Origin: Candidatus Marinacidobacterales bacterium
GTDB taxonomy: Bacteria > Acidobacteriota > Vicinamibacteria > Marinacidobacterales > SMYC01
NCBI GenBank assembly: GCA_965237955.1
Contig: OZ250169.1
Span: 2,784,001 to 2,848,000 of the forward strand
Length of the DNA stretch: 64,000 nucleotides
Direction of reading: 5' to 3'
This document shows, piece after piece, positions 41,819 through 52,472 of this stretch. The notes beneath the pieces were generated by a model. The model made no database searches and was not told the origin of the DNA. It worked only from the letters and a program-made list of their open reading frames with translations. The stretch's first letter is position 1. The number at the start of each line of letters is the position of its first letter. Both the position numbers and the translations under genes were made by a program.

Positions 41819-41970
41819 GGGTCCATTGGTACAACACGCAACGACTCTTGGAGCCGATCGGAAATGTCTCCCCCGTCGAGTACGAGATGAACTACTATCG
41901 GTCGCAGGAAGGCTCGCTAGAGATGGCGAGACTCAACTAAAACAGTCTCCAGAAAACCCGGGGCGGTTCA
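41819..41970 (+). mobile_element. IS3-family (IS51-group) remnant: transposase C-terminus and right TIR
   Basis: VHWYNTQRLLEPIGNV.P.EYE; ends GTCTCCAGAAAACCCGGGGCGGTTCA. Confidence 0.8.
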
Positions 41971-41971
41971 G

Positions 41972-42678
41972 TTAGGGGGCAAGGTCAGTACCGTTCGAAC
42001 CATGCAGTCGGGACAGTATTTGACCCATCAGATTGTTGATCGTCTGATACCTTTCGGCCGGTGCGGCAAGAATTTCCCCTTCGGACTGAACGTACTTTGA
42101 CGGCAGCAGCTCTCCTCGACAGTGCTCGACAAGCTGACGGGCCGCTTCGGGTGTGGTTTCCAGATGAAACTGAAGCCCCAGCACACGGTTTCCAAACTGG
42201 AACGCCTGGTTTTCACAGGCTTCGCCCCTGGCCAGCAATCGCGCACCATGCGGCAAATCGAACGTCTCGCCGTGCCAGTGGAACACATCCAATAGAGGAC
42301 GGCAAGCCGAACTCGTTCTCCGCGGACGCCGCGTAGACGGGGAACCAGCCAATCTCCTTCGCGGGGTTCGGATAAACCTTCGCACCCATAGCGCTGGCAA
42401 TCAGCTGGGCCCCGAGACACACGCCCAGAACCGGCTTTCCCGTCTGGATGCAATCGCGAATGAAATGTTTTTCGTCCACCAGCCAGGGATGCTTGGTCTC
42501 ATCGTTCACGCTCATGGGGCCGCCCATCACGATCACGAAGTCGACATCCCGGGCCGCAGGCAGATCGGTTGATTCGAAGAACGGCGTGTGTGTTAGCTCA
42601 TATCGAGCTGACCGGAGCCATGACTTCAATGCTGCCGAGTCCTTCGAATGGAACGTGCTGCAAGTAATGAGCTCTCAT
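41972..42678 (-). pseudogene. Type 1 glutamine amidotransferase with two frameshifts
   Basis: MRAHYLQHVPFEGLGSI / MGGPMSV, GVCLGAQL, KEIGW / HWHGETF, GLQFHLE spread over three frames. Confidence 0.85.
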
Positions 42679-43350
42679 TGAGTCACATCCGGTGCTTGCG
42701 CTGTTTGCTGTTGGTGATGTGTACGTATCTCTTTGTAAAAAAAGCGCTTACGCTCCATTTTAGCGCGCGGCGAAGGTCGTGAGCGCTATTTGGGCTGTAA
42801 TTTAATGCAGCGTAACGTCTTAGCGTCATCTCACCAACACTGAATGGCGGAAGCACCGTACAGGACGCCATTCCAAAGGTTGGTGGTCTCCATCATTATT
42901 ACACTCGACGCGCTGCTGGAGTCCTATCTGCTCGGGACGGCTGCGGAACTTCGCACCAGCTTACACCTCTACCCCTGAGTAGAGCCGACGCCGGCCCTCA
43001 AAACGTCCTACATAAAGATGACCAGAGCGTCCTGGTTGCAGGCAGTTTGACAATCTCATGCAGCTCAGGTTTATGGAAGGGACAACCTCTAATACGAAAC
43101 GTCCCGGCGAGCCGGTTTTGAGTTCGTTTGTATTTTTGGACACGACGCCTTTGAACATCGGTCGAATCTTGAAGACCGCGCTGTTCGGCTTTTCAGACCA
43201 AACCCCACGAAAGGTAACGTTTCTCGGCTCAAGTCTGGTCTGAAAATAGTCGTTCAGGAATAGGCCGATCTTGTCGAATATGGCGTAGGCAGACCTTGAT
43301 CGACTACCTGCAAGAGGTCTACGTCGCGTTTGTCATCGACAGTCCGCCGT

Positions 43351-44307
43351 TCACCGCTCGCAGACAACTCCGTCCCCGTCGGCATCTCGCATGTAGGGAT
43401 ACGCAGGATGGCCGCGGCGCACTGGCGCGATCCCGTGGCGCCGTGCTTCAGCGCAAGTGATGCGGCCGTTGCCGTTGTCGTCGTACTGACGGAGCGCGCT
43501 ACTGCCGCTGGTCGCGCGGGTCGAGCCTTGGCGCGCCGTGCCGCCCTTGGCCTCACCGCCACCAGCTTCGCAGACAATCCCGTCGCCGTCACCATCGCGC
43601 ATATAAGCGTAGGCCGGATGGTCGCGGCGCACCGGGGCGATCCCATGGGTGCGAGCCTCGGCGCACGTGATACGGCCATCGTCGTTGTCGTCCCACTGGG
43701 TGAGCATCTCACGCGCATCGGCGGCCGTCGGGGTGATGTCCTGAGCGACCGGTGAGGCACCACGGGCCACCACGACCAGGTCGGTCGACTGGCATCCAGA
43801 CAACACGCGTTCAAGGGTGTCTGCTTCGCGCTGGTCTATCGTCAGACCGTACTTTCGGCGGACAGCGACGCTACGGTCCGCGAACCAGCACCGGTTCTGG
43901 TCGGGTAACCACTCCGCGGCATCCCGAGCGCGCTTCTGGTTCCGGTTCACGCCGGGACTTGCCAGCGTCAGATTCAGCAGATCCGTTGCGAAGCGTCGGC
44001 GGGTCGCCTCATCCGCCACACAAAGTCCGCTGTCGTGTGCCTCGGAGCGGGCGACGATATGTTCAATGTCCGTCTCCCGTTTGTTGGCGAACCAGCGGCC
44101 CGTGTAGGGACCATAGACGCCGCCAAGCTCGGCGATGACCCGGTCCTCCACAGACTGCGGATACTGATAGTCGTCAGCATCGTACGGGGAGCAACGGGAT
44201 TCGGGGGCAACCACCAAGCCCCGCCACGACGTCTGGGCCGTGGCGGGGTTGTGCCACGAGCCCGTGGCGAGCACAGCGATCCATACGGGAATGGGGAAGT
44301 GTCGCAT
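43351..44307 (-). CDS. Exported DUF1524/GmrSD-C-like HNH protein with two Excalibur-like Ca-binding repeats
   Basis: Signal peptide; DIEHIVARSEAHDSG, DLLNLTLA..VNR.QK..DAAEWLP; two copies of DDN.[DN]GRITCAEAR.HGIAPVRR.HPAY.YMRD.DGDG.VCE. Confidence 0.8.
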   Translation of the reverse strand: MRHFPIPVWIAVLATGSWHNPATAQTSWRGLVVAPESRCSPYDADDYQYPQSVEDRVIAELGGVYGPYTGRWFANKRETDIEHIVARSEAHDSGLCVADEATRRRFATDLLNLTLASPGVNRNQKRARDAAEWLPDQNRCWFADRSVAVRRKYGLTIDQREADTLERVLSGCQSTDLVVVARGASPVAQDITPTAADAREMLTQWDDNDDGRITCAEARTHGIAPVRRDHPAYAYMRDGDGDGIVCEAGGGEAKGGTARQGSTRATSGSSALRQYDDNGNGRITCAEARRHGIAPVRRGHPAYPYMRDADGDGVVCER

Positions 44308-44589
44308 CTTAGTCTTACCTCTCACAGGCTATGCCGTCGTTCTCTCGGTCGATTGCGCGCGATGGAGACGCATATCGCGGTCCTCCACCTAGTAGCGTAC
44401 AGCGGCGAAGAATGGAACTCGGGTGCTTCCGCAGTTAAATGTTGGCGCCTGCCGTGTAACCCGTTCGCCTGCTAGAGTTTGAGCCTGATTTCGAGAGGCG
44501 CAGTTCTTTCGTCGATGTCGGCTGGGCCGAGTTTTGGCACAGGACGAGGAAGACGCCCAATGAAAGCCAGACCGAAGAGGATCTGATCT

Positions 44590-44772
44590 GAACTCGAGCC
44601 CAGCGTCGCCAACGTAGATGGTGCTGTCGACGTGAGCGCCGGTGATGTCGAGCATGCGCTCCGCGCGGTACACGTCGGCCATGCGCACGAGGATGGACAT
44701 CGCCATCTTCGCAGCACGACCGAGTTCGCCCGCGAGGAGTGCTTTGTCCTTCTCCGCGAGCTCCAAGCTCAC
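44590..44772 (-). pseudogene. Aconitase X catalytic subunit, N-terminal fragment
   Basis: LLAGELGRAAKMAMSILV...ITGAHVDS.IY.GDAGLEF, after which similarity stops. Confidence 0.7.
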
Positions 44773-46232
44773 GATCCGCTACTCTTTTTCAGGCGGTGGA
44801 CCCAGTAGGTGTTGGTGATGACAACCACGACGACGAGCACCGAAATTTGGATGACGGCGGTCCCAACGCTCGATTCACTCCGGAGCTTCCACCAGCCATC
44901 GGGATCGAATTGCGTCGCCGATTGGTAGAACCACCATGCCAGCATGGCAAGAAACTCGAGCGGCACGACGATCGAGATGGCCCACACGAACCAGCTACCG
45001 ATCGGATGCTTCTCATCTTCGGTGTTGATGAGCTCCTCCCGGAATTTCGCCGCTCCATACTTGATGACGGTCACCGCGATGAAGAAACCGGAGAACATGA
45101 GGCCGATGCCCCAGACCCAATCCTGATTCTTGAAAAAGCCCATGAAAAACGCCGAGGGAAGGCCGAGCACGAACGACACCACGCCGACCGTGGGCACGGC
45201 GCGGGCGCGCGAAAAACCCAGGTCCATCATCATGCGGGACGCCATTTCGAGCATGGCGATGAGCGACGAAATCGCCGCGAAGCTCAGCGCGAGGAAGAAA
45301 ATGGGGAGAAAGAGTCGCCCTCCGGGCATCGACGAGAAAAGCTGCGGCATCCAGATGAACGTCAGGCCTTCGTTGCCGGCAGCGAGAGCGGCCGAGGCCT
45401 GGTCTTCGGGAAGAAGGGCGAAGACGGTACACATCACCGCGATGCCGGCGAGAAGCGAAGCCGAACTGTTGCCGAACGCGGTCGTGAGCGTCGTCAGCGT
45501 GAACGTGTCTTTCTTGCGGAAGTACACGCCATAGGTCGTGACCAGGCCCCAGCCCGCGCCGGTGCTCCACGCGGATTGGGTTAGCGCTGCCAGCCAGACT
45601 TGGTAGTTTCCGAGGTCTTCCCAGTTCGGCGTGAACAGGTAGGCCAGGCCTTTCACGGCCCCGGGAAGAGTGACCGCACGGATGGCCGCGATGATGAGGA
45701 GCACGAAAAGCGCCGGGATGAGGATGCGGTTGGTCCGCTCGATACCACGGACGACGCCTCTATAAATGATGGAGCATCCTATAGCGAGTGCTATGGCGTG
45801 GAAGATGACCGGTTGGATGGGATCACTAGTGAATCGCGTCCAGTAACTCTCGGCATTGTCGGCGGAGAACACCGTGCCCAAGGAAACGGTAAAGTACTTC
45901 AGACACCACCCGGTGACGACGGAGTAATAGAACATGATGAAGCACGTCACCAGTCCCACGAAAACGCCCAACCAGTTGTAGCGTTCTCCTATCAACGTTC
46001 CAACGGCGCCCGCCGGGCCGCGGCGGGTGGTCTTGCCGAGAGCGAACTCGACGAGAAGCAGCGGGATCGCCCACGCGAACAGGAAGATCACCCAGGGGAT
46101 GAGAAACGATCCTCCTCCATTCGCGGCGGCAACTCGTGGAAAACGCCAGATGTTCCCGGTGCCGACCGCCATGCCGATCGAGGTCAGCAGGATCCCCCAT
46201 CGAGACGTGAACTCTTCTTTGGATGTGCTCAT
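44769..46232 (-). CDS. Sodium-dependent transporter (NSS/SNF family)
   Basis: GMAVGTGNIWRFP, NGGGSFLIP, FYYSVVTGW, GLTFIWMP, AAISSLI. Confidence 0.93.
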   Translation of the reverse strand: MSTSKEEFTSRWGILLTSIGMAVGTGNIWRFPRVAAANGGGSFLIPWVIFLFAWAIPLLLVEFALGKTTRRGPAGAVGTLIGERYNWLGVFVGLVTCFIMFYYSVVTGWCLKYFTVSLGTVFSADNAESYWTRFTSDPIQPVIFHAIALAIGCSIIYRGVVRGIERTNRILIPALFVLLIIAAIRAVTLPGAVKGLAYLFTPNWEDLGNYQVWLAALTQSAWSTGAGWGLVTTYGVYFRKKDTFTLTTLTTAFGNSSASLLAGIAVMCTVFALLPEDQASAALAAGNEGLTFIWMPQLFSSMPGGRLFLPIFFLALSFAAISSLIAMLEMASRMMMDLGFSRARAVPTVGVVSFVLGLPSAFFMGFFKNQDWVWGIGLMFSGFFIAVTVIKYGAAKFREELINTEDEKHPIGSWFVWAISIVVPLEFLAMLAWWFYQSATQFDPDGWWKLRSESSVGTAVIQISVLVVVVVITNTYWVHRLKKSSGS

Positions 46233-46236
46233 GCCA

Positions 46237-46260
46237 CTAGTCCCCTGGATCTTTAATTAT
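46237..46260. mobile_element. Isolated IS630 terminus
   Basis: CTAGTCCCCTGGATCTTTAATTA is the reverse complement of 25003-25025. Confidence 0.8.
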
Positions 46261-46264
46261 CACA

Positions 46265-46435
46265 GGTAAACCCCCGGCTCTGCCGGGGTGACTCGCAGAG
46301 GTTTGACCGTGTGAGGCAGTAATAACAAAGTCCTCCTTGGAAAGCGCCAACTTCCAAACAAGGAGGACTCAATGAAAAACTACGAAAGCCTATCGCACAC
46401 GCGGTACGACTGTAAATACCATGTTGTCTTTATCC
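46265..46435 (+). mobile_element. IS200/IS605 left end and tnpA N-terminal remnant
   Basis: Hairpin CCCCGGCTCTGCCGGGG; SD-sequestering stem AGTCCTCCTTG/CAAGGAGGACT; MKNYESLSHTRYDCKYHVVFIP from 46372. Confidence 0.85.
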
Positions 46436-46659
46436 CGTCCTGTGCCAAAATTTGATCCACTTGCAACGTTACAAGCGAACAGTTGACGCGGCGTGGGAGG
46501 TGAGGCCCGCGACAACCATTGAGCAGAGCTACCCTTTGGACGGGTCGTCACCATGCAGATGACCACCTAGTCGAGAGCGAATATCCAAGCGTGTTCCTGA
46601 AGCTGTTTTCACGCTACGCCGAGCGGGCCCACCGAGGGGCTACCGTCGCCAGCGACCAT

Positions 46660-46967
46660 CTACGCGGCACGGCAGTAGTAGTTGAGAATGCCCCCAAGTC
46701 GCTCTCGCGACACGATGGGGCCAGCGCTATTCGCGCTTGCCGGCAGAGGTGTGAGGAGCTCGTTGCCGAGACTTTGGTGGTTCCGTTCTGTGTGTGATAG
46801 TGCACTACGTATTCGGTTACCGCTGTGCGCAGGTGTCGCTCACTGAGAGGTACGAAGCGGTCGAGACACTCTCGACGTATGGAGAGAACGAATCTTTCCG
46901 CGTATGCGTTCAGATTCGGACTGTTCGCTGGAAGGCGGAGGGGCTTCACACCTGAATCTCTCAAGAG
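46660..46967 (-). pseudogene. rve/integrase-core transposase C-terminal remnant, cut by IS256
   Basis: [27 protein letters not shown] (frameshifted), [11 protein letters not shown]. Confidence 0.8.
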
Positions 46968-47018
46968 GGTCAAGTCTTAATTTTCCTGTCAAATCTCCGT
47001 ACGGTTCCCCGCGCTCGG

Positions 47019-48221
47019 TTAAGCTGCTGATTCCTCCGACGTACGGTTCCCCGCGCTTGCGGGATTCCTCCGAAGCTCGTTGCGAAGCTCCTCGACTTTC
47101 CTAGCGGCGAAGACATCCATCCTCACGCCGCGCCATTTGTTTGCGACGGCCAAGAGCACAGCGAACGAGAGTTTCATCGCGGCCTCCTCGGTGAAGAAGT
47201 GAGGAATGACCTTTGTGCGACGTTTGTGCTCTCCGAACGTGCGCTCAAGTAGATTCGACGTGCGAAGCCTTTTGTGATGCGCCGCAGGAAGGCGTAGCGC
47301 CTGAAGACACGCTTCGAGGGTCTCTTCCATGCACTTCATCGCGCTCGGGAATCGTTGACGGTACCGAGCGATCACCTCCCGACCCTTCTTCAGCCCTTGC
47401 TCGTAGCTGTTCGCATGGAACGACTCAAGGATGGCCGCCTTGAGTTCGTCGCGCACTTCCTTCGGAGCCTTGCCCAGGATGTTCTCGAGGCGGTGCTTCT
47501 GGCAACGTTGCTTGAGGCTTCGAGGGAAGACCTCTGCGATCGCTTTGAGCACTCCAGGATTCCCGTCCGTCACGATGAGCAACGGCTCCCTCATTCCTCG
47601 GGCCACCATCTCCTGCAAGAACCCCTTCCAGTTCTCGTAGGATTCTCGGTTGCCGACACCGATATGAAGAAGAACTCGCGTCCCATCAGCGCGATAGCCG
47701 GTCGCAACGAGGATGGGCTCTTTCCTCTCCGCTCCTTGGTGGTAGCGCAGGTACGTGCCGTCGAGCTCGAGATACAACAGCTTCTCGTTCGAGAGATCCC
47801 GTTTTCGAAACGCCTCGAAATCCTCCGACAGACACCGTGTGACCCGGCTCACCACCGACTTCGAGACACCCGTGCCGCTCAGCACGTCCGCGAACGTCGC
47901 CTCAATGTCACGCGTCGACATCCCGTGGACGTACATCCGCGCGATCAGTTCATCGAGTTTCTCGGTCCGGCTCACGTAGGCGTCGAGAATCTTTGACTGA
48001 AACACCTTCTCTGTTTCTCGTACCTGCGGCACTTGCACCGTTACCGCTCCCTCGCCCGTGAGGACCCGATGCGACTCATACCCGTTGCGTCGTCCCTTCT
48101 CCTTCGTCGTTGCCGGAGCGTTCTCATAGTAGTTTCGACCCAACGCCTCCGTCACCTCGCGCTCCAACGCATATTGAAGCATCATCTGAGCTCCCGACCG
48201 GACGATCTCCGAGAGATTCAT
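47019..48221 (-). CDS. IS256-family transposase (element about 46968-48300; 5' end abuts a family A terminus)
   Basis: RNGY, GMSTRD, LDGTY, TDGNPG, QRCQKH, RTSNLLER; start codon uncertain. Confidence 0.9.
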   Translation of the reverse strand: MNLSEIVRSGAQMMLQYALEREVTEALGRNYYENAPATTKEKGRRNGYESHRVLTGEGAVTVQVPQVRETEKVFQSKILDAYVSRTEKLDELIARMYVHGMSTRDIEATFADVLSGTGVSKSVVSRVTRCLSEDFEAFRKRDLSNEKLLYLELDGTYLRYHQGAERKEPILVATGYRADGTRVLLHIGVGNRESYENWKGFLQEMVARGMREPLLIVTDGNPGVLKAIAEVFPRSLKQRCQKHRLENILGKAPKEVRDELKAAILESFHANSYEQGLKKGREVIARYRQRFPSAMKCMEETLEACLQALRLPAAHHKRLRTSNLLERTFGEHKRRTKVIPHFFTEEAAMKLSFAVLLAVANKWRGVRMDVFAARKVEELRNELRRNPASAGNRTSEESAA

Positions 48222-48436
48222 CTCCCCAAATACCAGTTGTTCCTCGAACTGCTTGAGCAATCGCTGACTCGGGCGAAGGACTTCCGACCCATGGGGCTGG
48301 CGGATGAATAAATAGAAGGCACAGGCTTGAGCGCACGGCGTTGCCAATATCTTGGGGTCGGATCGGCCCTGAATGCATCAACTTGACAGGGAGCGGATTG
48401 GTCAAGCAGGTCAATCGTGAGAATATTGGATCGAGC

Positions 48437-49075
48437 ATGAAGAAACGTTCCCTCCGATACGCTGGCGGCAAGGCCGTTCGCGCTCTATTGGAACGTTATG
48501 CGTGCCCGACGTCATTCCATGTTGTCCGCACACGACTCCTCGGCAACATCGCGACGCCCAAGCTCGACGCATCGCCACTCCGAGCTATAGAGAGCTGTTG
48601 GGAAGGTGAGTTGCCGGGGTTCGACAATGTCGGCGCAGCCAGTGAGCTATTCGAGTCCCTGATGGGGCTTTGGAACGAACTGGCAAGGCATCAATCGGCA
48701 ACCAAGCCGTTCCGTTTGACACGGATGGAGGCTAAGCCGGATACGGATGACATTCGCCGCTTGTGCCGGACCCGCACCGAGGAGCTTGAAGGCTTCATCG
48801 ACGGACTGTTCGGTGACGTGGAGTTCATGGATCTGCCCGAACGGGCCAACGAGGCTCTGGACAACCTCGGCAAGATCTATGCCATGACCCGCGGTATCAT
48901 CGATCTCCTGGAGAGAGAGTCGGCGTCAGAGGGGGACCTTAGGGGAATTCTCAAGGACGTTGGGGAGCTCTCACACATCGCAGAGAAAGAACTGCACGCA
49001 GTAATGCTTGCCTGCAAGCGCGCCCGCCAACAGACCCTTTCCACTATCGCCGTGGGCAAACCCACCGTCCATTGA
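48437..49075 (+). CDS. Hypothetical helical protein
   Basis: Clean 212-aa ORF (VRALLERYACP...LMGLWNEL...RTEELEGF); no function recognised. Confidence 0.65.
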   Translation: MKKRSLRYAGGKAVRALLERYACPTSFHVVRTRLLGNIATPKLDASPLRAIESCWEGELPGFDNVGAASELFESLMGLWNELARHQSATKPFRLTRMEAKPDTDDIRRLCRTRTEELEGFIDGLFGDVEFMDLPERANEALDNLGKIYAMTRGIIDLLERESASEGDLRGILKDVGELSHIAEKELHAVMLACKRARQQTLSTIAVGKPTVH

Positions 49076-49194
49076 AGGGAAGTGTCACGAGCAGCCGGAA
49101 GTAGTTCTCACCAGGGGCGATGTCCCGGAAGTGGCGTCGCTCAGATGCCGATTTGTAAACGTTGCCAGTGGATCAAGTTTTGGCACAGGACGAG

Positions 49195-49368
49195 TTACGA
49201 ATCCTTGGTCTTGAGCTGGGCTTTGTTTTCTTGAATGAAGGCGCGGATGTCATCTGTCATCTCGAGCAGTTTCTCCCACTGCTCCTTGTATAAGGTCACC
49301 GGGAAACGGCCCAGTCCGTAAACGGAGACGCCGCCCTTCTGGCTGACTTTGAGGGAGAGCTCTTTCTC
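49195..49368 (-). pseudogene. Small conserved hypothetical protein, 5'-truncated
   Basis: LSLKVSQKGGVSVYGLGRFPVTLYKEQW; upstream part replaced by IS5 sequence. Confidence 0.6.
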
Positions 49369-49829
49369 ACTTGTCGGACAGATCGACAGTCCCATCTCAT
49401 CGGCCAGAGCTGACACCGCATACGACGCCAGCGGCGTCTATGAGGCGATCGAGAATCACAGCGCTCATCGCTCGCCGAGGGTGCTGATACCGCCGCGCAA
49501 GGGCGCCCAGCTCGCATCGGGGCCGGCGAGCAGCCGACAGCGTAATCGCAACATTGCAGCACAAGCTCGGCTCGGCAAACGAAAGTGGCACACAGAATCG
49601 GGCTACAGCAAACGGAGCAAAGTCGAGACAACGTTCCATCGCTACAAGGCTATCGTGGGCTCAGCGATGCGAGCGAGAGGGTTGGCGGCACAGAGAGTCG
49701 AGGCAAGGATCGGGTGCAAGATTCTCAACACCATGACGGCGCTCGGGATGCCTGATAGCGAGATGACCGGATGATGGGAGTCGAGGCCAAGCGAGCTCTC
49801 GGCCTCTATCGGAGTTGTGCACCAAGGCA
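49369..49829 (+). mobile_element. IS5 type A copy 3, 3' part only
   Basis: Matches the last ~460 bp of copies 1 and 2, including the right TIR. Confidence 0.9.
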
Positions 49830-49994
49830 GCGGGCTGCTACGTTTCTACCATCGGGAAGCCGCATGAGTATTTTGACCTCACGGGAGGTCGAGCTGGCCA
49901 ATGGAGCGAGGTCACTTCGCCTTTACTTCATGTCCACACCTTTTGAGAGTAGCTCGCGTGATGCGGGAAAAAGCGTTAAAAGGTTAACTACCGC

Positions 49995-52472
49995 ATGAGC
50001 ACCAACAATCCGTTCCAGGGAAGTCTTTTCGCCAATGATTTCCTTTGCGGATCCATCGTCGAATCACCCGACTGGCGGGCGATCGACGACATGGCGCTCG
50101 ACACTCTCGAAGCCTCCGTCCGGAACGTTTTCAACCTTTTTCCGACGAGGAAGACGCCCAACGAAAGCCAGACCGAAGAGGATTTGATCTGGCCTGTCCT
50201 CTTACAGCTCGGGTGGACGGCGAGCCTACGGCAGCAAAACCTCTCCACCCGAGGCCGCGAGGACGTGCCCGACGGCCTGCTATTCACAGACGCTGCGGCG
50301 AAGGAACGCGCCAACAGCTTCACCGAGGAATGGAAGCGTTACGAGTTAGGCCTCGCGGTTGTCGAGTCCAAGCGCTGGCTGCGCCCGCTCGACCGCCGCG
50401 CCGAACGCCGGGGCGAGGAAAACGCACCCTCGACTCAGATGCTCCGCTACCTTCGGCGCGTGGACGATCTGACCACCGGCAAGTTGCGATGGGGCGTCCT
50501 CACCAACGGCGCAAGGTGGCGACTCTATTATCAAGGTGCGCGGTCCGTCTCGGAGCAGTTTTTCGAAGTCGATCTCGCGGTGCTTCTCGATCTCCCCGGC
50601 CACAATGACGGCCTGTTCGCCCTCACCGAAGCTGAGCGACACCATTGGCTTAAGGTGTTCATGCTCGTCTTCCGGCGCGAAGCTTTCCTTCCCGGGACGA
50701 CCGATCCGCGCACGTTCCACCAGCGTGCTATCGAGGAAGGCCGGTTCTACGAAGAGCGCGTGGCCTCCAGCCTTTCCGGTTTGGTCTTCGGCCAGGTTTT
50801 TCCTGGGCTTGCTCGCGCCATCGCAGCCGCCGCGCCCGCGGCGCCGTTGCCGGAAGTGCGCGAAGCCGCCCTGATTCTTCTCTACCGCCTGCTCTTCATC
50901 CTCTATGCCGAGGACCGCGACTTACTGCCTGTCCGCGATGCACGCTATGACGACTACGCCCTTCGGGAGAAGGTCCGCGACGATATCAAACAGCGGAAGG
51001 ATCGAGAGGACGTTTTTTCCGCCAGCGCCGCCCGATACTGGTCGGCCATCGACGACCTTTGCCGCGCCATTGACCAAGGCGATGCCTCCATCGGTCTGCC
51101 GCCCTACAACGGCGGGCTGTTCGACCGCGACCGCACGCCACTTCTAGGGCGTATTCGGCTTGACGATCAAGTCATGGCTGATGTCATTGATGCGCTCTCA
51201 TTCGAGCAAACCCCTGATGGTCGTCGCTACATCAACTATCGCGACCTTGGTGTCCAGCAGCTCGGCTCTATCTACGAGCGTTTGCTCGAACACGAGGTCA
51301 TCCGCGATAGCAAGGGGATTACTGTTCGTCCCAATGTTTTCGCACGGAAAGGGTCGGGCAGCTACTACACGCCCGACGATCTGGTCGGCCTGATCATCAA
51401 AGAAACGATCGAGCCCCTGGTCCGGTCGCGCATGGGCGTGTTCACGGCAAAACATTCCGAACTCGCCACGAGCGAACTTTCCAAGGAACGCCAGATCGGC
51501 CGATTAAAGCATGTCGACCCAGCCGAAAAGCTGCTCGACCTGAAAGTCTGCGACCCCGCCATGGGCTCGGGGCACTTTCTGGTCAACCTTGTGGACTATC
51601 TCGCTGACCGGGTGATCACGGCCATGGCCGAGGCGGAAGCTTCGGTGGACGGCTACATTTCGCCGCTGACCGAGCGGATCGACGGTATCCGCAACACGAT
51701 CATGGCCAACGCCAAGGACCGCGGCTGGACCATTGATGCAGACCAGCTCGACGACAGGCATATTGTCCGGCGCATGGTGCTCAAGCGCTGCGTCTATGGC
51801 GTTGACAAGAACCCCATGGCCGTTGAGCTGGCCAAGGTCGCGCTCTGGCTACACACGTTCACGGTGGGCGCACCGTTGAGCTTCCTGGATCATCACCTCC
51901 GTTGCGGCGATAGCCTGTTCGGTTCATGGGTACGCACCGGCATCGATCAGGCGAAGGAGCAAGGCGGTCCGCTCTTTTTGAAAGGGCCAGTAGAACGGGC
52001 CATGCGGGCGGCGGCTTCCATGCAGATTATCGAGGGACTGACCGATGCCGAGATTGCCGAGGCTCATCGTTCCGCGGAAGAGTTCGCCAAGATCGAGAAG
52101 ATGACGGCGCCATTGAATGCCTTCCTTTCCCTGGTCCATGCCTTCGATTGGCTGAACATCCGTAATCGCGACGACAAGGCGGCACTTTCCGCCTACTTCA
52201 ACGGCGTCTTCGGCGATCCCATCGACGTTGCCTCGGGAAGACCGAAGATCTTTTCACCTGAAGTACGGGCGGGTGAGCGGTTTGCCGGATTGCTCGACAA
52301 AGCACAGCAGCTTCTCGACGACGAACGCTTCTTCAATTGGCAAGTGGCTTTTCCCGGTGTGTGGTCGGAGTGGGAAGGCGCCGGGCTGACCGGCGGTTTC
52401 GACGCTGTGATCGGCAATCCGCCCTGGGACCGGATGAAGCTGCAACAGGTTGAGTGGTTCGCGGCGCGGCGC
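49995..52472 (+). pseudogene. Type IIG (Eco57I-like) restriction-modification enzyme, N-terminal ~826 aa, cut by IS5
   Basis: PDGLLF...VESK nuclease, LTNG..WRLY, GSYYTP, DPAMGSGHFL, FDAVIGNPPW; interrupted shortly after motif IV. Confidence 0.9.

Noticed and set aside
41960-41985. Integron attC site after the amidotransferase gene (CCCTAAC at the stop)
   Set aside because: The adjacent sequence is an IS3 terminal repeat; there is no matching GTTRRRY arm or integron integrase.
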